DNA from: the human T2T-CHM13v2.0 reference genome, Homo sapiens | Length of the DNA stretch: 64,000 nt | Assembly (NCBI RefSeq): GCF_009914755.1 | Contig: NC_060932.1 | Strand: one strand, 5' to 3' | Part shown: piece after piece, positions 43,841 through 58,027 of the stretch | Position numbering within the stretch: position 1 is the first letter of the stretch | Layout of the letters: every line of letters begins with the position of its first letter | Translations under genes and position numbers: made by a program | Notes under the pieces: model-generated | What the model was told of the DNA's origin: nothing | The model's database searches: none | The model's input: only the letters and a program-made list of their open reading frames with translations

Positions 43841-46186
43841 CGAGTCACACGGAAGGATTCTAAATCCATATACCCCACGTGCTTTCCCACCATTTTACTC
43901 TCTGGGGTGTTCCGGAGTTTCTTCACTCCTCCTGCAGAACCCAGAACCAACACTGGCTTGAGGCTTACTGTGGACTCCCCAGGGTGAGTTCAACAACTGT
44001 GGACCTGAAAGTTTGAACTTTTCTTCTTGATTTTAGCAATATATTCATAGTTAATGCCTTTCTTGCTGATTAAAAAAACCCCTAAATTTTAGGGAATAGC
44101 CTCAACAATCCCACTATGACTACCCAGGACTGAGAACAGAATAATTGTAATTTTTAAAGATATGGATTATTATGGTTAGCCTAGCTCATGGTTGATTCTC
44201 AATGATTTAACTTGCCAGGACAGTTCCTTAGATGTCTAAGAGTTCTGTTTTCATTGTTAAGCCTTGTAGCCTGGGTAATCACTATTGTTATCCCATTTTA
44301 GTTTCTGAGTATAAGATTTTGTATTGTTTGATAATCCCTATTTTATAAAATTTTTTTCATAGGTAGATCCTGATTAATTTTCTCACCAGGATACATCATT
44401 TACTTTCGTTAATACTCAACATTCATTTGCTTTCTTTAGTGTACAAAATTTAAACATTATATAGCATGTTTCCTAAAATTGAGGGATAATTACATAATTT
44501 AGATAATTGATAGACTACAGACTAGTAAACATAGTATTCTTCAGGGTATCATGTTTTAAACATGCATTGTTAAATAAGAAATTGGTTAGCCTTCAGCATT
44601 AAAGCCAGATTATTAGCAAATAACTAAGTGGAACCAAAAAAATCCACAATCCTGATCTTATCAAAATAATTACAGAACCTTTAATGTCCCACTAGGCACA
44701 GAGAGAAAGAGAATGTGGCACAGAAAGAATAGTGTAATGGAAACAGACAGAAATAGGACAGCCATTCTACTTTTTACACAGCAGACACAAACTAGTGTCG
44801 AAAGTTGAAGAGAACACAAAAATGATTGCCTAGCCAAAAATGAAATTTAATTTGTGTCTCAATTGACAAAATATTAAGAATATATTTGTAAGTAAAACAA
44901 AAATATAATTTAATGGGTTTACTCTTGTCATTTCATATAGATACAAATCATTTAGAACAACAGATGAATATTTTCTGTGTGTGTAGCCATATATATGATA
45001 TTTATATTTGACCATATAAAATGGAATGAGAGTATGCATAATATGTGTGTGTTTCTACTTTGGAATCATTACAGATTATCATTTCACTCGGTGAGCAGTG
45101 TATTTCATATATTCTACAATTCGGCCATGTAACACTTAGAAGTTGATTTGCTTTGCAAAATATTTTTCTCCTGATGGAACTCAGCTGCATCTCTCAAATG
45201 AATCATACATAGTTCACTCTTCAAGATTAAATATGAAATACTATATACTTACAACTGCATGGCACATAGTAGGTACTCAGCTTGTAAAATGAATGAACAA
45301 ATAAATGAATGAATTTATACCTTGCCTATGAGTTGTTTCTACAATGCTAGTTTTCAACCTTAGCTCGGAAGATAGTACAGTACTACAAATTTTGTGGAAA
45401 TGTTTTCAGGAATAGGCTTCAAAACCACTATAGAAAGTATTTGTTTCATAAACCATACTGGGCTTCCACTCAAGTATTTACAGGAAAGGACAGAGTTCTT
45501 GTTTTTAATGTGAAAACTGCAGGCCCACAGAGTCATTCAAGGATCTTCACAATTTGGTACAACCCCATCTTCCAATCATTTCACTTAGGATAAGCTCAAC
45601 TATTAATATTTGTCATTTCCATGATGTCCCACCCGCTGTGAGGACTTCTACTGCTACTCTTTGCTGAGAATGCTTTTCTTTATCCTCTCTGCATGTCCAA
45701 AACTCACTCTACTTTCCAGCCCAGCTCAGAATCAATGTTTCTCCATGCCCACAACTATAATGCACAATCAAGTGCTACAGGAATGCGATACAGTATTTAA
45801 GATATAGCTCCTGTCAAAGTCCTAAAATGCCATGTGCCTGTATGAACAGGCATATCATCAGACATCTTACAATTTCTTTTTAAGTGTCATGTAAAAGTAT
45901 TATCATACTTTTACATTGCATGATCATGCTTTTACGTTGCCTTTACATACCATGTGCATACCACTACATTATTTACCATTTATACGTGCACATACCATTA
46001 CATTATGTACCATACTTTTACATTACCATACCCTTTATAAGTATAGTAAACTTCCCATTGTAAATAAAAATGCATTTTGATAGTTATCAAGTTTACTTAA
46101 AGTTGTATCTATAGAATATAGTTTAGGCAATAGTAATCATTCCTATGTACAAAAGAAGCTTTTCCTTTTATTAAAGGAATAGAGTT

Positions 46187-46401
46187 CCAGCCTGAGCAAC
46201 ATAGTGATACTGTGTCTCTACAAAAAATAAAAAAGAATCAGCCAGGCATGGTGGTACATGCCTGTAGTCCCAGCTACTCAGGAGGCTGAGGCCAGGGAAT
46301 CATTTGGGAGTTTGAAGCTACAGTCAGCTGTGATCATGCCACTGCACTCCAGCCTGTGTGACAGAGCCAGACCCTGTCTCAAAAAAAAAAAAAAAAAAAA
46401 A
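46187..46401 (+). mobile_element. 5'-truncated AluJ
   Basis: gcaacatagtga...gggagtttgaagctacagtcagctgtgatc...agaccctgtctc plus A-tail. TSD remnant is AGAGTT. Confidence 0.88.
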
Positions 46402-46737
46402 GAGTTGTAAAATTTAATTTCTCTAAACCAATGTAACAGCAGAAAATGTATCTAAAACTTAAAACTTTTTAACAAAGGGATAATTCATTCCAGCCTTTTT
46501 TTTTCTATTAAAAAAAAATTGCATGAAGTCAAAGTGCTAACCAAGCTCTCCTGTGCACACTAGCTCCTGATTAGGGAAGTGGGGAAGCAGGAGGGGGAGG
46601 TTGGAGAAAGAAATGTAGTATGAGATTCTCTGGTAGCTAATAAATACATGGCTATTGTCCCTGAAAATACTGCCATCTGTTGTCAGGAAAAAAGGTCACT
46701 TGTTAAATTTTGCCAGGCAACAGGTTTTTCTACAAGC

Positions 46738-46738
46738 A

Positions 46739-46790
<52 letters not shown>

Positions 46791-46832
46791 TACAATGTCA
46801 GATATATATAGATAGAGATAGAGATAGATATA
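46738..46832. repeat. A19-(TA)13 followed by (GATATA/GATAGA)n
   Basis: Read directly from the sequence. Confidence 0.9.
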
Positions 46833-47639
46833 AATCTGACACTGTTTCTTAACTGAGCAGGTAATCCTCCAGAAAGGAAAGTCTCTACGGGACCTACAAT
46901 TTGGAACATATCCAAAATACAAAAATAGATTGGTTTTCTCGAATAGTGAAATAGTTCTCTAAAACAAGGTGACTCCTGTTGTAGGCACCTCTTAAAAATT
47001 ACCATAAACTGGTATATACCATTTTGATTTTCCTTCAAATATATGCAGAGAATCAAAATCATGATTGAAATTCCAACCGTCACACCTGGATTCATACCAT
47101 CTTTTTATTAACTTTTCCTGAAACTTTCTATTAAATTTTATTAGGTGATAAAAGCTACAATATTTCCTTGTGGATCTATAACAGAAGAGAAAGGAGAAAA
47201 ATCACCCAAATCATCATTTAGTCAGTCTGTATGTGAGAAATTTTTGAAGTCTACATGTAATGTTATTTTTTGTTACAAAATAGCTCACATTTCCTATGAA
47301 GGGATTATTACAGAAACCATTTGTCACTTACCTCCCTCTAAAGTGTCACCATTTTTAATTAGGAAATTTAAGTTGCACCCCTGATTAAATGCAGAAGGTG
47401 TTTATGAACCATCATGATATCAATTTAGATTTTCTAAATTAGACTGAATATTTTAACTATGATTTAGAAACTCTAATCATATAGTGAAATGGAGTTAAAC
47501 TTAAGTTTGGTGAGTTTTGTGAATTTCATTGGCATGTTCCCAGTCTTTAAACTCATTCATTTTCATTTCAGTCACCCACAATTATCTCACTAATGGAGGG
47601 GGAGGATCAGTGTAGAAAACCCAACCAAAGACTCCGACA

Positions 47640-47840
47640 TGTTCTATGTGAGAGCTTTATGTACACTGTCATTTAAACCACACAACTCTATAACACCGGC
47701 TTTCTAGACCCCATTTACAAATGAAGAAATGAAAGAGGTCATGTACCTTCCCTAATTCCACACAGCTAACAGCCAACGGGATTTAAACCCATGCACATTC
47801 AGCTCCGTAATTCTTGCTTTTTCCTTTACCTCACACTGCC
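47640..47840 (-). mobile_element. MIR
   Basis: ccccatttacaaatgaagaaa...cacacagcta...gggatttaaaccca. Confidence 0.75.
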
Positions 47841-50769
47841 TCGATACATGCATAAATTGTAAATTGTGTGATCTTACTTTTCAGATTACAGGATGATTGA
47901 TTTGCTTTTGCTTAAATTATTTCTGCTTCTTAAAACGTAGCAACTGGTAAACTCATAGTGAAGAAAGGCTCATCTAAGATGTCTAGGTGGAAGCAGATCT
48001 TGAATATGGGATTTAAAAGTGATAATGGATGATTCACAACTAGAAATAGACAGGTGAGCAATCAGGAGCTAGGAATGAAAGGCCAGTATATCTGAACAGT
48101 GCCTGTGGTGGTCTTGACCGTTGGCTCACTTTGCCTAGACAAATGCTGTCTTGAAGGATGACAGCAAAACCCAGCTTACAGTTTGGAATTGAGACCTTCA
48201 CTACTCCAGTGGGAGGTGAAAGGTGAAAAGCTTCTATGAAAAGCACACACACCATTCTCAAATGGCTAGAAACCAGTTACTATTATGAGCTCTAACTCCT
48301 TTCATAAACAGTCACATTTAAATTATGAAAATCTCAGTGGTGTATGACTTCCACTCTGCAATTTTTGAAGTTCAGACCAATGATGTGCAGCAAACCTGCT
48401 TTGAGGACCAATCTCGCTGAGAAACTGAAGGTTTATAAGAAGACTTTTGAGCCTATAGCTTAGCTTATGTGTGTTCAGTGCACTTCATATCATTTTGAGA
48501 ATAATTTATGAATCCAGTTTAGTACACAGTTAATGTCCAACCTGTGCCTGTTACTATGATAATCCCTAATCTTTACAAGAGTGTTGCATGCACCTTTCAC
48601 ACTCTCGTGAGCTGTGAAAATACCTGAAGAGACTACCTTTATTAAAAACCATTATAAAGGTACTCTATGACTCTAATTTTCAATATTTGAGAATCACATA
48701 ACAGATTTTACAATACATATTTTATCTGGTCAGTCTCTGAATTTTACAGTTGGAGAAGGCAACTCTGAGAAGTTAAGTCATCTGCTCGAAATCCCACCAC
48801 CACTTAGTAACACAACTCATCATAGGAGACTCAGTCTATGGCTCTTTCCACTACATTACAAATAAAGGACCCTATTATTTTTCCATAGTTGAGAAGTTTT
48901 GACTGTTCTAATGACATGGAAGGTCACTAAGATTTACCTTCTTGGAATAGAGACTATTGCTAAATGCCAACCCAACTTATTTGCTGTGTGAAATCAAGTA
49001 AATGCATTTCACTTCTCTGAATCTTTCTTTTCTCACCTACAAAATGGGAATAGTAATACTGACTCCAACACAGAGTGTTGTGCCAGATAAACGGGTTCCT
49101 GTCCTTCTAAAAAAATGTCATACCCTAAAATGATTATAGTCATCTGTTGGTCACAAAGCTTGAGCTTGAAAAAGGAAATAAGTGAAACAGTGCTTGAACT
49201 CCCCAAAGTTCTCACTTCAGTTAAGTTATGGGAAAATCAGAGAAGAGAATTCCAAGTTGGGCACATGGAAGAAAAGAGTTTATAGTTTTCACTACAATCA
49301 AGAGCATACTTAAGCTCAATAAAGGTAATGAAAAGAAAAGGCAATATAAAGAAAAGAAAAAGAAATAGCTGTATATTAATAGAACATCCTGGGGAAGTCC
49401 TTCTCTGAATCTGTGTCTTTCTCTCTCTCGCACTGGATTATAAACTTCTTGATGGCAAGCCTCAGACCTCTGAATCTGTGTAATCACCTAGTGCCTGACA
49501 TATGAGAAGTATTCAGTATGTGCTTGTTGATATTAAGAGATAAACTGTCTGGATAGCTATTTTCGCTTATAGTTTAGAAATAAATATTTCACAGCATTTG
49601 AACAATTTTAGATAAAAATATTTCTAAAGTGAATTGTGTAATCAACGCTTTACTAAAAAGCTTATAGCTTCCTTTTTCTTGATAAATCAGAATTTTGGGT
49701 TGGAACATTAATTACTATAATTTTCCATAAAAGAAGATATTCTCAGTAGCTACTAAGTGTCAAAGAAAATGGCCCCAGGCCTTTATGCTTCTTAAATTCT
49801 TAAGAGTAGGTATTTTAAAAACAGTTCGTCCAGATCCTACATACCTGTCAGGCTGTCACGTTTTTGTGGTCAGCTAGCGGCCTGACATGGTAGCCAGCAG
49901 CCCTCTTTATAATTTGCTGCTGCTAAATGCAGTGGTCTAGGAAATCTTATCACTAACCCAGCTAGGCTGTGTATAGGATGTGAGTTTCAGATAATCTGAA
50001 TTATATCTCTTCTGGCTGCTACTTTTTAAAAACTAACTTCTGTGTGCTTGTCTTTACCCCCGAAAAAGAAAAAAAAAAGTGTCTGAGCTCTGGAAAAGCG
50101 GCCGTGTGATTATCCCATATAATTTACAGTGACAACATAGCCAAGATTCATTTTCTTTTAAAAGTAAAATTATTAAAGTAAATGTCAATTCCAAAGCCAG
50201 TCAAATTTGGCAAAGTTTTTAATTAATAGGATTATTAAAGATCATAGTGAAGTGTTTTTAAATATCAACTATTAACAGAAAATGATATATAGTAGCCACA
50301 GAAATCCCTTTATGCTTTAAGAAAGTTCAATCTCCATATTTCTACCACAAAGCGGCATTTCAGAAAATCTTAGTAGGTAAACGGTAGAGTGTAAAATACA
50401 GTTAACTTGGACTCAGAAGGCCCAGGCTTCAGCCCTGACAGCCCCTAGTACTGCAGCCTTGGGGGAGCCACTCAGTACGCATCTGCAAGATTGATAATCT
50501 GGGCCAGAGGATCCTAAAGGTCCCTCTCAGGATGAAATTCCCTGATTCTATGCTATTTCTCGAGTGGGACTTCATTATAATATGTCTGTGTGGGGGTGTT
50601 TTATGCAAAAAGAAAGAAATGGTAAGTTCATTCAATCAATAAATTCACCAGCTGTTTATTTAATTCACTAGAGACTTGTTAAATACCTACTGTACATCCA
50701 ATATGAGACTGAGGCCAGTCCACCCTCCACGGAGGCTCACCATTATCCAATCGGGAAGGTAGGACTACA

Positions 50770-51260
50770 CATAAAGTAAGCAGCAAAGTTTCTTAGCCAG
50801 GCACATAGGACCTTCAAGCATAAAGGGATCCCAACCTACACTTCTAGCCTTCTCTATAGCCATTCTAACCTGATAAATGCCACATTTTAAACACACCTAC
50901 TGATCACACCGCTGGCGAACATCCAGTGATCTTCCCACCTCTCTGCCTTCTCCCCCTAGTCTCTCAATCGGCCTGGTGACTTTCTTCTTCAAGGCCCAAC
51001 TCAGAGGTCACCTTCTCAATGGCTCTCCAGCTCCTGTTTCCCCAGGCAGATGGTTCGCTTACCTGCATTCCCCTCCAATTTCATCCTCATCATTGTCACT
51101 GCACTTCTCATACTGAAGCAGCATCCAGTGTTCATAGGACTGCCTTCCCCATGTAGGGGACTCATCAAAGACCAGGACCTTGCCTCACTCTGATTCTACC
51201 TCCAGAACTAACGGAGTTCCAGTCTTGGAGTCAGTACTCAAAAAGGGTGACTGAATAGAA
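50770..51260 (+). mobile_element. L2 3' fragment
   Basis: cttcaaggcccaactcagaggtcaccttctc...gtactcaaaa...gactgaat. Confidence 0.7.
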
Positions 51261-53811
51261 TTGAACTGGTTGTAAGCAATGCACCACGTGAGTGTAAACA
51301 CACAGGACTACAGCTTTATCGAGGTGCAAGTTTCAAGAGTGGCAAAAAAATGAGACCAAGTTTATATGCTCTATCTGCGCTCATTCAAGGGCATTGACGG
51401 GTTCTAGATTTGTTTCACTTAATTTTATGTTTTTTTTTTTTCTTTCAGTCATTCATTGAACACACTAAATGAGCCCCAGTGGAGTCAATATTGAAACTGC
51501 ACAATAACCGTGTACACTTTGGATCTGTCCTCTTTCTAGGATGGTCCATGGTCCCATGTCACTGTGATGACCTACTTCAGAGTGCTGCTGGCATCTTAGA
51601 GGACAGGTTTTAGTAACTAGCAAAGTCATGGACCAATAGGAAGGCCTGAGAGGAATGTGTAAGAAAAGCAATAGAAGAATGGAACTTGGTGGGCCATGAG
51701 TACAAACATCTCATTTTTTTAAAACAACTAAAAAAGGAGGCAGGGCACAGGGATGAGATTGATCACTTTTCTGGACTACACGTGCATGTACTTCACAGCA
51801 TTGTGCTATAGACTCTCCAAGGATTTCTTTCAATCTGATAAATGAGCTATTTTCCTTTAGCAATCTGAATTTGGATAAGAAAGCTTACAGGATCTAGAAT
51901 CCACTATTATTGTCAGTCCCATAAGCCTGTACCCCTTGGACACTGAGAAATGCTATTAACAGCACTTGCCATTTGAGTGACATTCAGGTACCATGTACTG
52001 CACAGAGTGATTCTATCATTTAACTTCTTAAAGTTTCAAGTCATCCAAAAGAAATATGCTCCACCTACTGAAGTTGCAGTATTTAACAAATGACAATTTT
52101 CTGCCTGTCTTGCCCCAGGAGCACCAAATATTTGAATGCAAAATTTTCATAAGAGCATGAGACAATTTAATACATTTATAGAATTCTTTAAAGAGAAAGA
52201 GAGAGAAAGGAAAAAAAAAAAAAAACCAAACCAGTGTCCCTGTGATTAGTCCAGAAGGAGTGAGGGAAGCAATGGAGAAGGGGGAGTGAAGAAGAGGTGG
52301 AAGGTGACTGCTGAAGGCTTTCGTGATTACCAAAATTCCATTGGCTAGTTCCCTGTTTGCACCTTTGCATCCCTTTATTCGTGGTCTCACCATGAAAGCT
52401 ACCACCTGCTAGAGAAACAGACTGGGTGCAATCTACAAAGGAAATGTTTCTGGTTTCTGGTTTAATGCTAAAGTTATGTCCAGATTATCTAGTTCTAGGC
52501 CCTGGAACACTACTGGTTAGTAAAACACTTGCTTACAAAGAAGGTTCCAAATTTTATAAAAGCATATAACATCTCCAGCAGGCAGAAATATCTGTCTACC
52601 TAAGAGATGCTAGAATTACAGACCACGAAAGTATCCTCCAATTACACTTCAGATTTAAAAAAAGTGTGATCTTCGAGATTTGCAGACATTTTTGCAATTT
52701 ATTGTCTTTGTTTCTGTGTTAGTCACATGAAATGGGTCCTTATGTCATAGGAACAAGGTTTTTTTTTTTTAAATTTTTCAATGAAAGATGATTTAAAACA
52801 TGAAAATGTTTTCTTTTTAAAACCAGTCTTTCTGTTTGACAGCACCAACTGGTTTGAGTCTAAGTACCTTTCTAAAACATTCTTGATTTGTTGTACAGAT
52901 TTATATCTTTTCATGTTTCCTCTCATCATTAAGCCAATTATGAAGGAATTATTACCTTTGCCCAATCTGATTTTTTACGGACTTCATTGAAATAGTCTCA
53001 TCACTCACAATCTACTCATGAGATTGGTCCATTGCCCAGAAGTGCACAAATGATATTTCTGATGAACTCCCATTAGCCTTAGAGGAGTTACCGGTACACA
53101 TATGATCCTCATCAAGAGATGAATATAGACTTCTATATATTTGAACATGGTAATAGGTCCTTTCTTGCAAAACTGTGACCTACTGCTCTTCATTCACATG
53201 GTTGTTAGCTGGTTAAATTTAGCCAGGTTTTGTATTTCACTGATATCCCATGTGAATTATTAGGAATCAACTCCCTAACATCAAGTCTTACAACTCTGTG
53301 TTCAAAGAAGAAACATCTTTGAAATCTTTCGAAGCATGAATTCATTAATAGATGATATACTAAGCATTAGAACTAACTGCATGAATTTGTATCTGTTACC
53401 ACGAATTTGTATAAAATAGCAGTGAGCTCCCCTTAATAAGTAATTCTTTTTAATATTGCTAATCAAAACATTTTAATTCTGTTATTAAAATAGCAGCATG
53501 TGTTTGACCCAGTTGTGCCTAACTTATCATTCCTCAATAAGAACGAACTTTTTTTTTTCCTTCGAAAGGAAGTTTATAAATATGCTAGGCACATATTTCC
53601 AAGTCTTAATTTAAAACCAATGGCTATAATACGAGCTACAAAAATGAAACGTTCCTCATTTGGAGCCATAATTCAGAAAAGGGGTTATTTTACAAAGGCT
53701 TAGAAGCCATATATTTTATAGTTTCTTAGACATCAAAAATGAATTGTTTGCAAAGAAATTCATAATATATGCTTCAGGCTATTTTGGCAAATGGAGAGTA
53801 TTGGGAAGATC

Positions 53812-53870
53812 TAATATATAGACAGATATAAACATATATCTAGATAGATATTTAGATAGATAGATACATG

Positions 53871-53902
<32 letters not shown>

Positions 53903-53903
53903 G
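53812..53903. repeat. (GATA)n-(CATA)n tetranucleotide microsatellite
   Basis: Read directly from the sequence. Confidence 0.9.
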
Positions 53904-56709
53904 ATATTGCCTATGAACACTTTTCTAAATAACACCTGGGGTGCACACTCAGGAACATAGATTACGTCAGCTCCTTGACTTGGCTGCAATGTTACTCAAA
54001 GCAGAAAAATAGACTTTTTGAAAGAACTTTTCTTTTTCCCACTTAGGTTTTCAAACAATAGCAGATTTCATAGTTTTAATATGAACAAAGTCTGCTCGAT
54101 CCTTCAAAGTTACATTAAAAAGACAATTGCTGATCTACCTAAGTTTGTAAACAGGTAATTTTAGAAACATTATGGTAGCTGTAAAATATTTTTTCAATTG
54201 TTTTTATCATTGCTATAGTTTTTGGCTTGATTAGTCAATAACTTAGCAAACCTTGAGGTTCACAAAGTTGTAAAATTCTGAATTGAGGCTTCAGGAAATT
54301 TATTTGGTTTTCATCAGCATACAAGTAGATAATTGCTCGTTTTGGGACAGAAATACTTTACAACTAAAGTACTTTCCCTCGGAGGAAATCGTACTGTCAT
54401 TTGTTTTTATTTTCAAAATGAAAACAAATGGCACTATAATTCCTAAGGGCAAAAATGACTTCAGTCTATTTCTTTTCCTATACACTCTCATTTATTCATT
54501 TTTAGTTAGATGGAATATAGATATAGTCCCCACCCACCCCCCATCCCCATGACTTCCACTGCCACAAAATGTATTCAGTCGCTGTACAGTAATTAACAGC
54601 TCTTGACTGGAAAACTGCCAGCATGTACAACGTGACACTCTTCCTTTGAACACTAACAAAGTGCATAAGTAATTTATGTTGGATTAAATATCCCTAACAG
54701 GGACCCTTAAGTAACCCAATCACTTTAAACAGGCTCCACATGCATGCTCCTGTGCAGTGAAAATGTCAGACAGTGATAACCCACTAATAGCACAATTCTA
54801 ACTATATTCCAGCCATTAGCATTTTATGACATCAATCCTCATTAAACCTGGCAAGGAAAAAGATACTAATGTTTCCCAATTTTACAGACAAGGTGGAAGA
54901 GAAATGGAGAAAATGTAGACAGGTGCTGTCTCCCAAAAAGGATTAACATTTTTTAAAATGTGGTAGCAATTTTCTGTTAGTACCTTTGTTTGCATTGAAA
55001 GAGACAACAAAGAGGTAATGGCTACAAGGACCTCGATGGAATCCAGCCAAGAGTGAAAGAAAAGACTGGTATTTCAGCCATTGTGCTCACTGCTAAAGCA
55101 CTGTGCCAACTCATCTTCCAACCCATTATATGAAATTTAATTTAACCTGCTATGCAATTAATTCAGATGTTCAGCCTATTTTTCTCATGGCAGAATCCCT
55201 CACACAATGCCTTATTTAAATATTAATCAGTCCTCTTTCAATTAGGACTAATTTGCTTCACAGGGTTTCTCTCATCTTCTGATTGCAGGAAAATGGAGGT
55301 AACTTGCAACGTTTGAGGATAATTAACATGGTATTTTTATAATACTGATACATCAAATGGGACCTTAATGAACCCCGCTGATTCCATTTAGTAAAGCATG
55401 CCTCAAAGTTATAATCAAGAGGAAAGCCATTGCCATCTGTTTAAAATACTAAGGAGCACAATTTAAACACAAAATGCTTATTTCTCTAAACTGTCTATTG
55501 TAGAGGTCTGCAAAAGTCATTTTTCTATGCAAACTAATTGTACAGTATTTTAATTTAAACCTTTTATTGCACATATACAAAACAGTGACATCTTAAGATG
55601 TAGGGGCCCTGTTTAATTAAATGTTGACAACCACAGAAATAAGTAATGTTTGTTAATGTTACTTCTCTTAAGCGCACTGCACAGTTGCTGCTAAAGTAAT
55701 GGTAGTAAGTTGTACATTGCTAATGAATCTAATATTTCCCAGCCTTTTATTTAATATTTGAAGAACTTTTCTTAACAAAAGCCACTGAAGCTCTACGAAA
55801 TGGAAAAACATAAGCATACGCGCTCGTTTGCTGCTTCTAACGTCACTAAGTAAACAGGTTAACATTTACACATGGCCAGTTGTTCACAAAGTGTTCCATC
55901 TGCTTCCAGGCAGGTTGAAGGTCAATGTTTTAGGCTTTGAGCTGTTCTAGAGTTCCTTGGTAACATCTAGGTTACTGAGGCTACTGGCTCCCGAGGTCAT
56001 TATCAAAGCATTCAACATGTTCCAACGGTAATAAAACATGATTGATAACAGACTGCTTATTTACAATGTTTACACTATGGCCACAAGGATTTCCTCTGTT
56101 AACTTTTGGAAAAGTAGGCATTACCTGTGTGTGTTTTCAATGGGAATCAGAATTTCCTCTCATTTTTTCTATAAAGCTTTTCTATCCACATACTGAGTCA
56201 TTGTGTCAGAAACATCATACATCAGAATTTCATGGCAAAAACACATCTAAACATTTGATATGAAGTATCACATTCATATTAATTGTTAGTCAATCAATAC
56301 AATTATCAACTAAGATGTATTTGCCATATGCAGAGAAAAAATTATTGGGGGTACAAAGAAGTATAAGCAATTTTCCACTTTGGAGCCCAGTTGGTATGAC
56401 ACATTCCAGTTGGGTATGACAGGTGAGCAAGAAAGACCATAGGTGTGAAAAGAACAAGGAAGAGATGAATTAGATTGGAGGAAGGGGATTAGATTAAGGC
56501 ATTATAGAAAATAATAACTCACACTTAAAGTTCTGATATTTCATTAGTCTCAACTAATGGCACATTGAAATTGTTTATGTGTTGGTTACTTCATTGAGCT
56601 TGAAAACTTCTAGGACAAGATGTACAAGTTTCTCATCCCAGTGCCCATTGCAGGTGCCTATGTTTCACACCAACTGGGCATACATCAACCATTTATTGAT
56701 TTTATATAA

Positions 56710-57600
56710 GATTCATGTGCTTAAGTATTTGGCCAATACTTAACTGAGCACACGCTATGTTCCAGGCGCTGTTCTAATCATTGGGTATAAATTAGGGAAC
56801 AAAAAGATGGGGCATGTATATCCCTGCTCTCAAGGAGCTTAAATTCTAGTGGGGAGAGGCAAACAAGGTCAACCAACAAATGGGAAAACTTCCAAGCACA
56901 CAGATCTATGAAGAAAGCAAAGCAAGATGTAAGGATTGAGATTGAATAGTGAAGATGTTTTAGACTGGGCAATCAAGGAAGGCCTCTCTGAGGAGGTGAC
57001 ATTTAAGCTGAGAATTGAATGACAACAAGCTAGCTTCAAGGAAGATTGTTCCAGACTGAGCGAGCAGGTTGGGCTGTGACCCTGAGGTGGGAATAAGTTT
57101 GGCCTATGTGAAGGACATTAAAAATAAACTAATAAATAAACCAGAGAAAAATACAAAATGAGATTGGAGAGATGGAAAAGGTCTGGAAAATGCATGGTCT
57201 TGAGTACATAAAGAGAAATTGGATTTTCCCCCTCAGTTCAATGAAAAGAAACTAAAGATTTGTATGTGAATCAGTGGCATCATCTGACTTAATGCTTAAT
57301 GTTTTCTCTCTCTATCTTCTGGGTGAAAAAGGGATGGTAGGGGAGTAAGTGGAAAATCAAGGAGACTAGTTAGAAAGCCTCTAAAGCAATCCATACGAGC
57401 TGCACTCATGGTTTGGCTAGAGCAGGAATATCAGAAATGGAGAGGAAGAGATGGACCCAATATGGGAGTGAAGGAGAAGTGATGTGAGATTCAAGATGAC
57501 CTTAAGGATGTAGCCCTAAGTAACTAGGATGGAAATACTGGGGAAAGAACAGTTTAAGGAAAAAGTCTAGAGTTCTCTTACGGCCACTTTAAGTTTATAG
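56710..57600 (-). mobile_element. L2 (L2a-like) fragment
   Basis: ctatgttccaggcgctgttcta...ccctgctctcaaggagctta..ttctagtgggg...ggaaggcctctctgaggaggtgacatttaagctgaga. Confidence 0.85.
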
Positions 57601-58027
57601 TGGAGCTGTGACACAGTAAAATCAAATAACAGAAATAATGTCCAATGTTACTTAAAATTTTAATATTTACTATTATATTAATGACACATTGAATAATTTC
57701 TTTCATATTCACTATTATTAATGACTCCACCAACAAACATTGTTTTCAGTTTTGTGACAGCTCCTTCTTTGCAGTCTTCAGAGGACACCCCGCAGTCTGG
57801 TGCCTTGGAACTTCTGCCCATGCCATCACCTCCAATTGCATTCCTCCTTCTTCACCTATACCTCTGGCTAATGCCTGCCCTTTCTTTAATAATAATGAAA
57901 CTCTGACATTTAGGATTGCTTTGTGAGTCCAGGCAATGTGTTAGGTGCTTCAATTACACCATTTCACTTAAAGCTCATGGATACCCTCTAAGGTCAATGT
58001 TATCTCAATTTTATATAATAAGAAACT

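Noticed and set aside
43575-43961. 128-aa plus and 73-aa minus ORFs
   Set aside because: They overlap an ancient DNA-transposon fragment and show no protein similarity I recognise.
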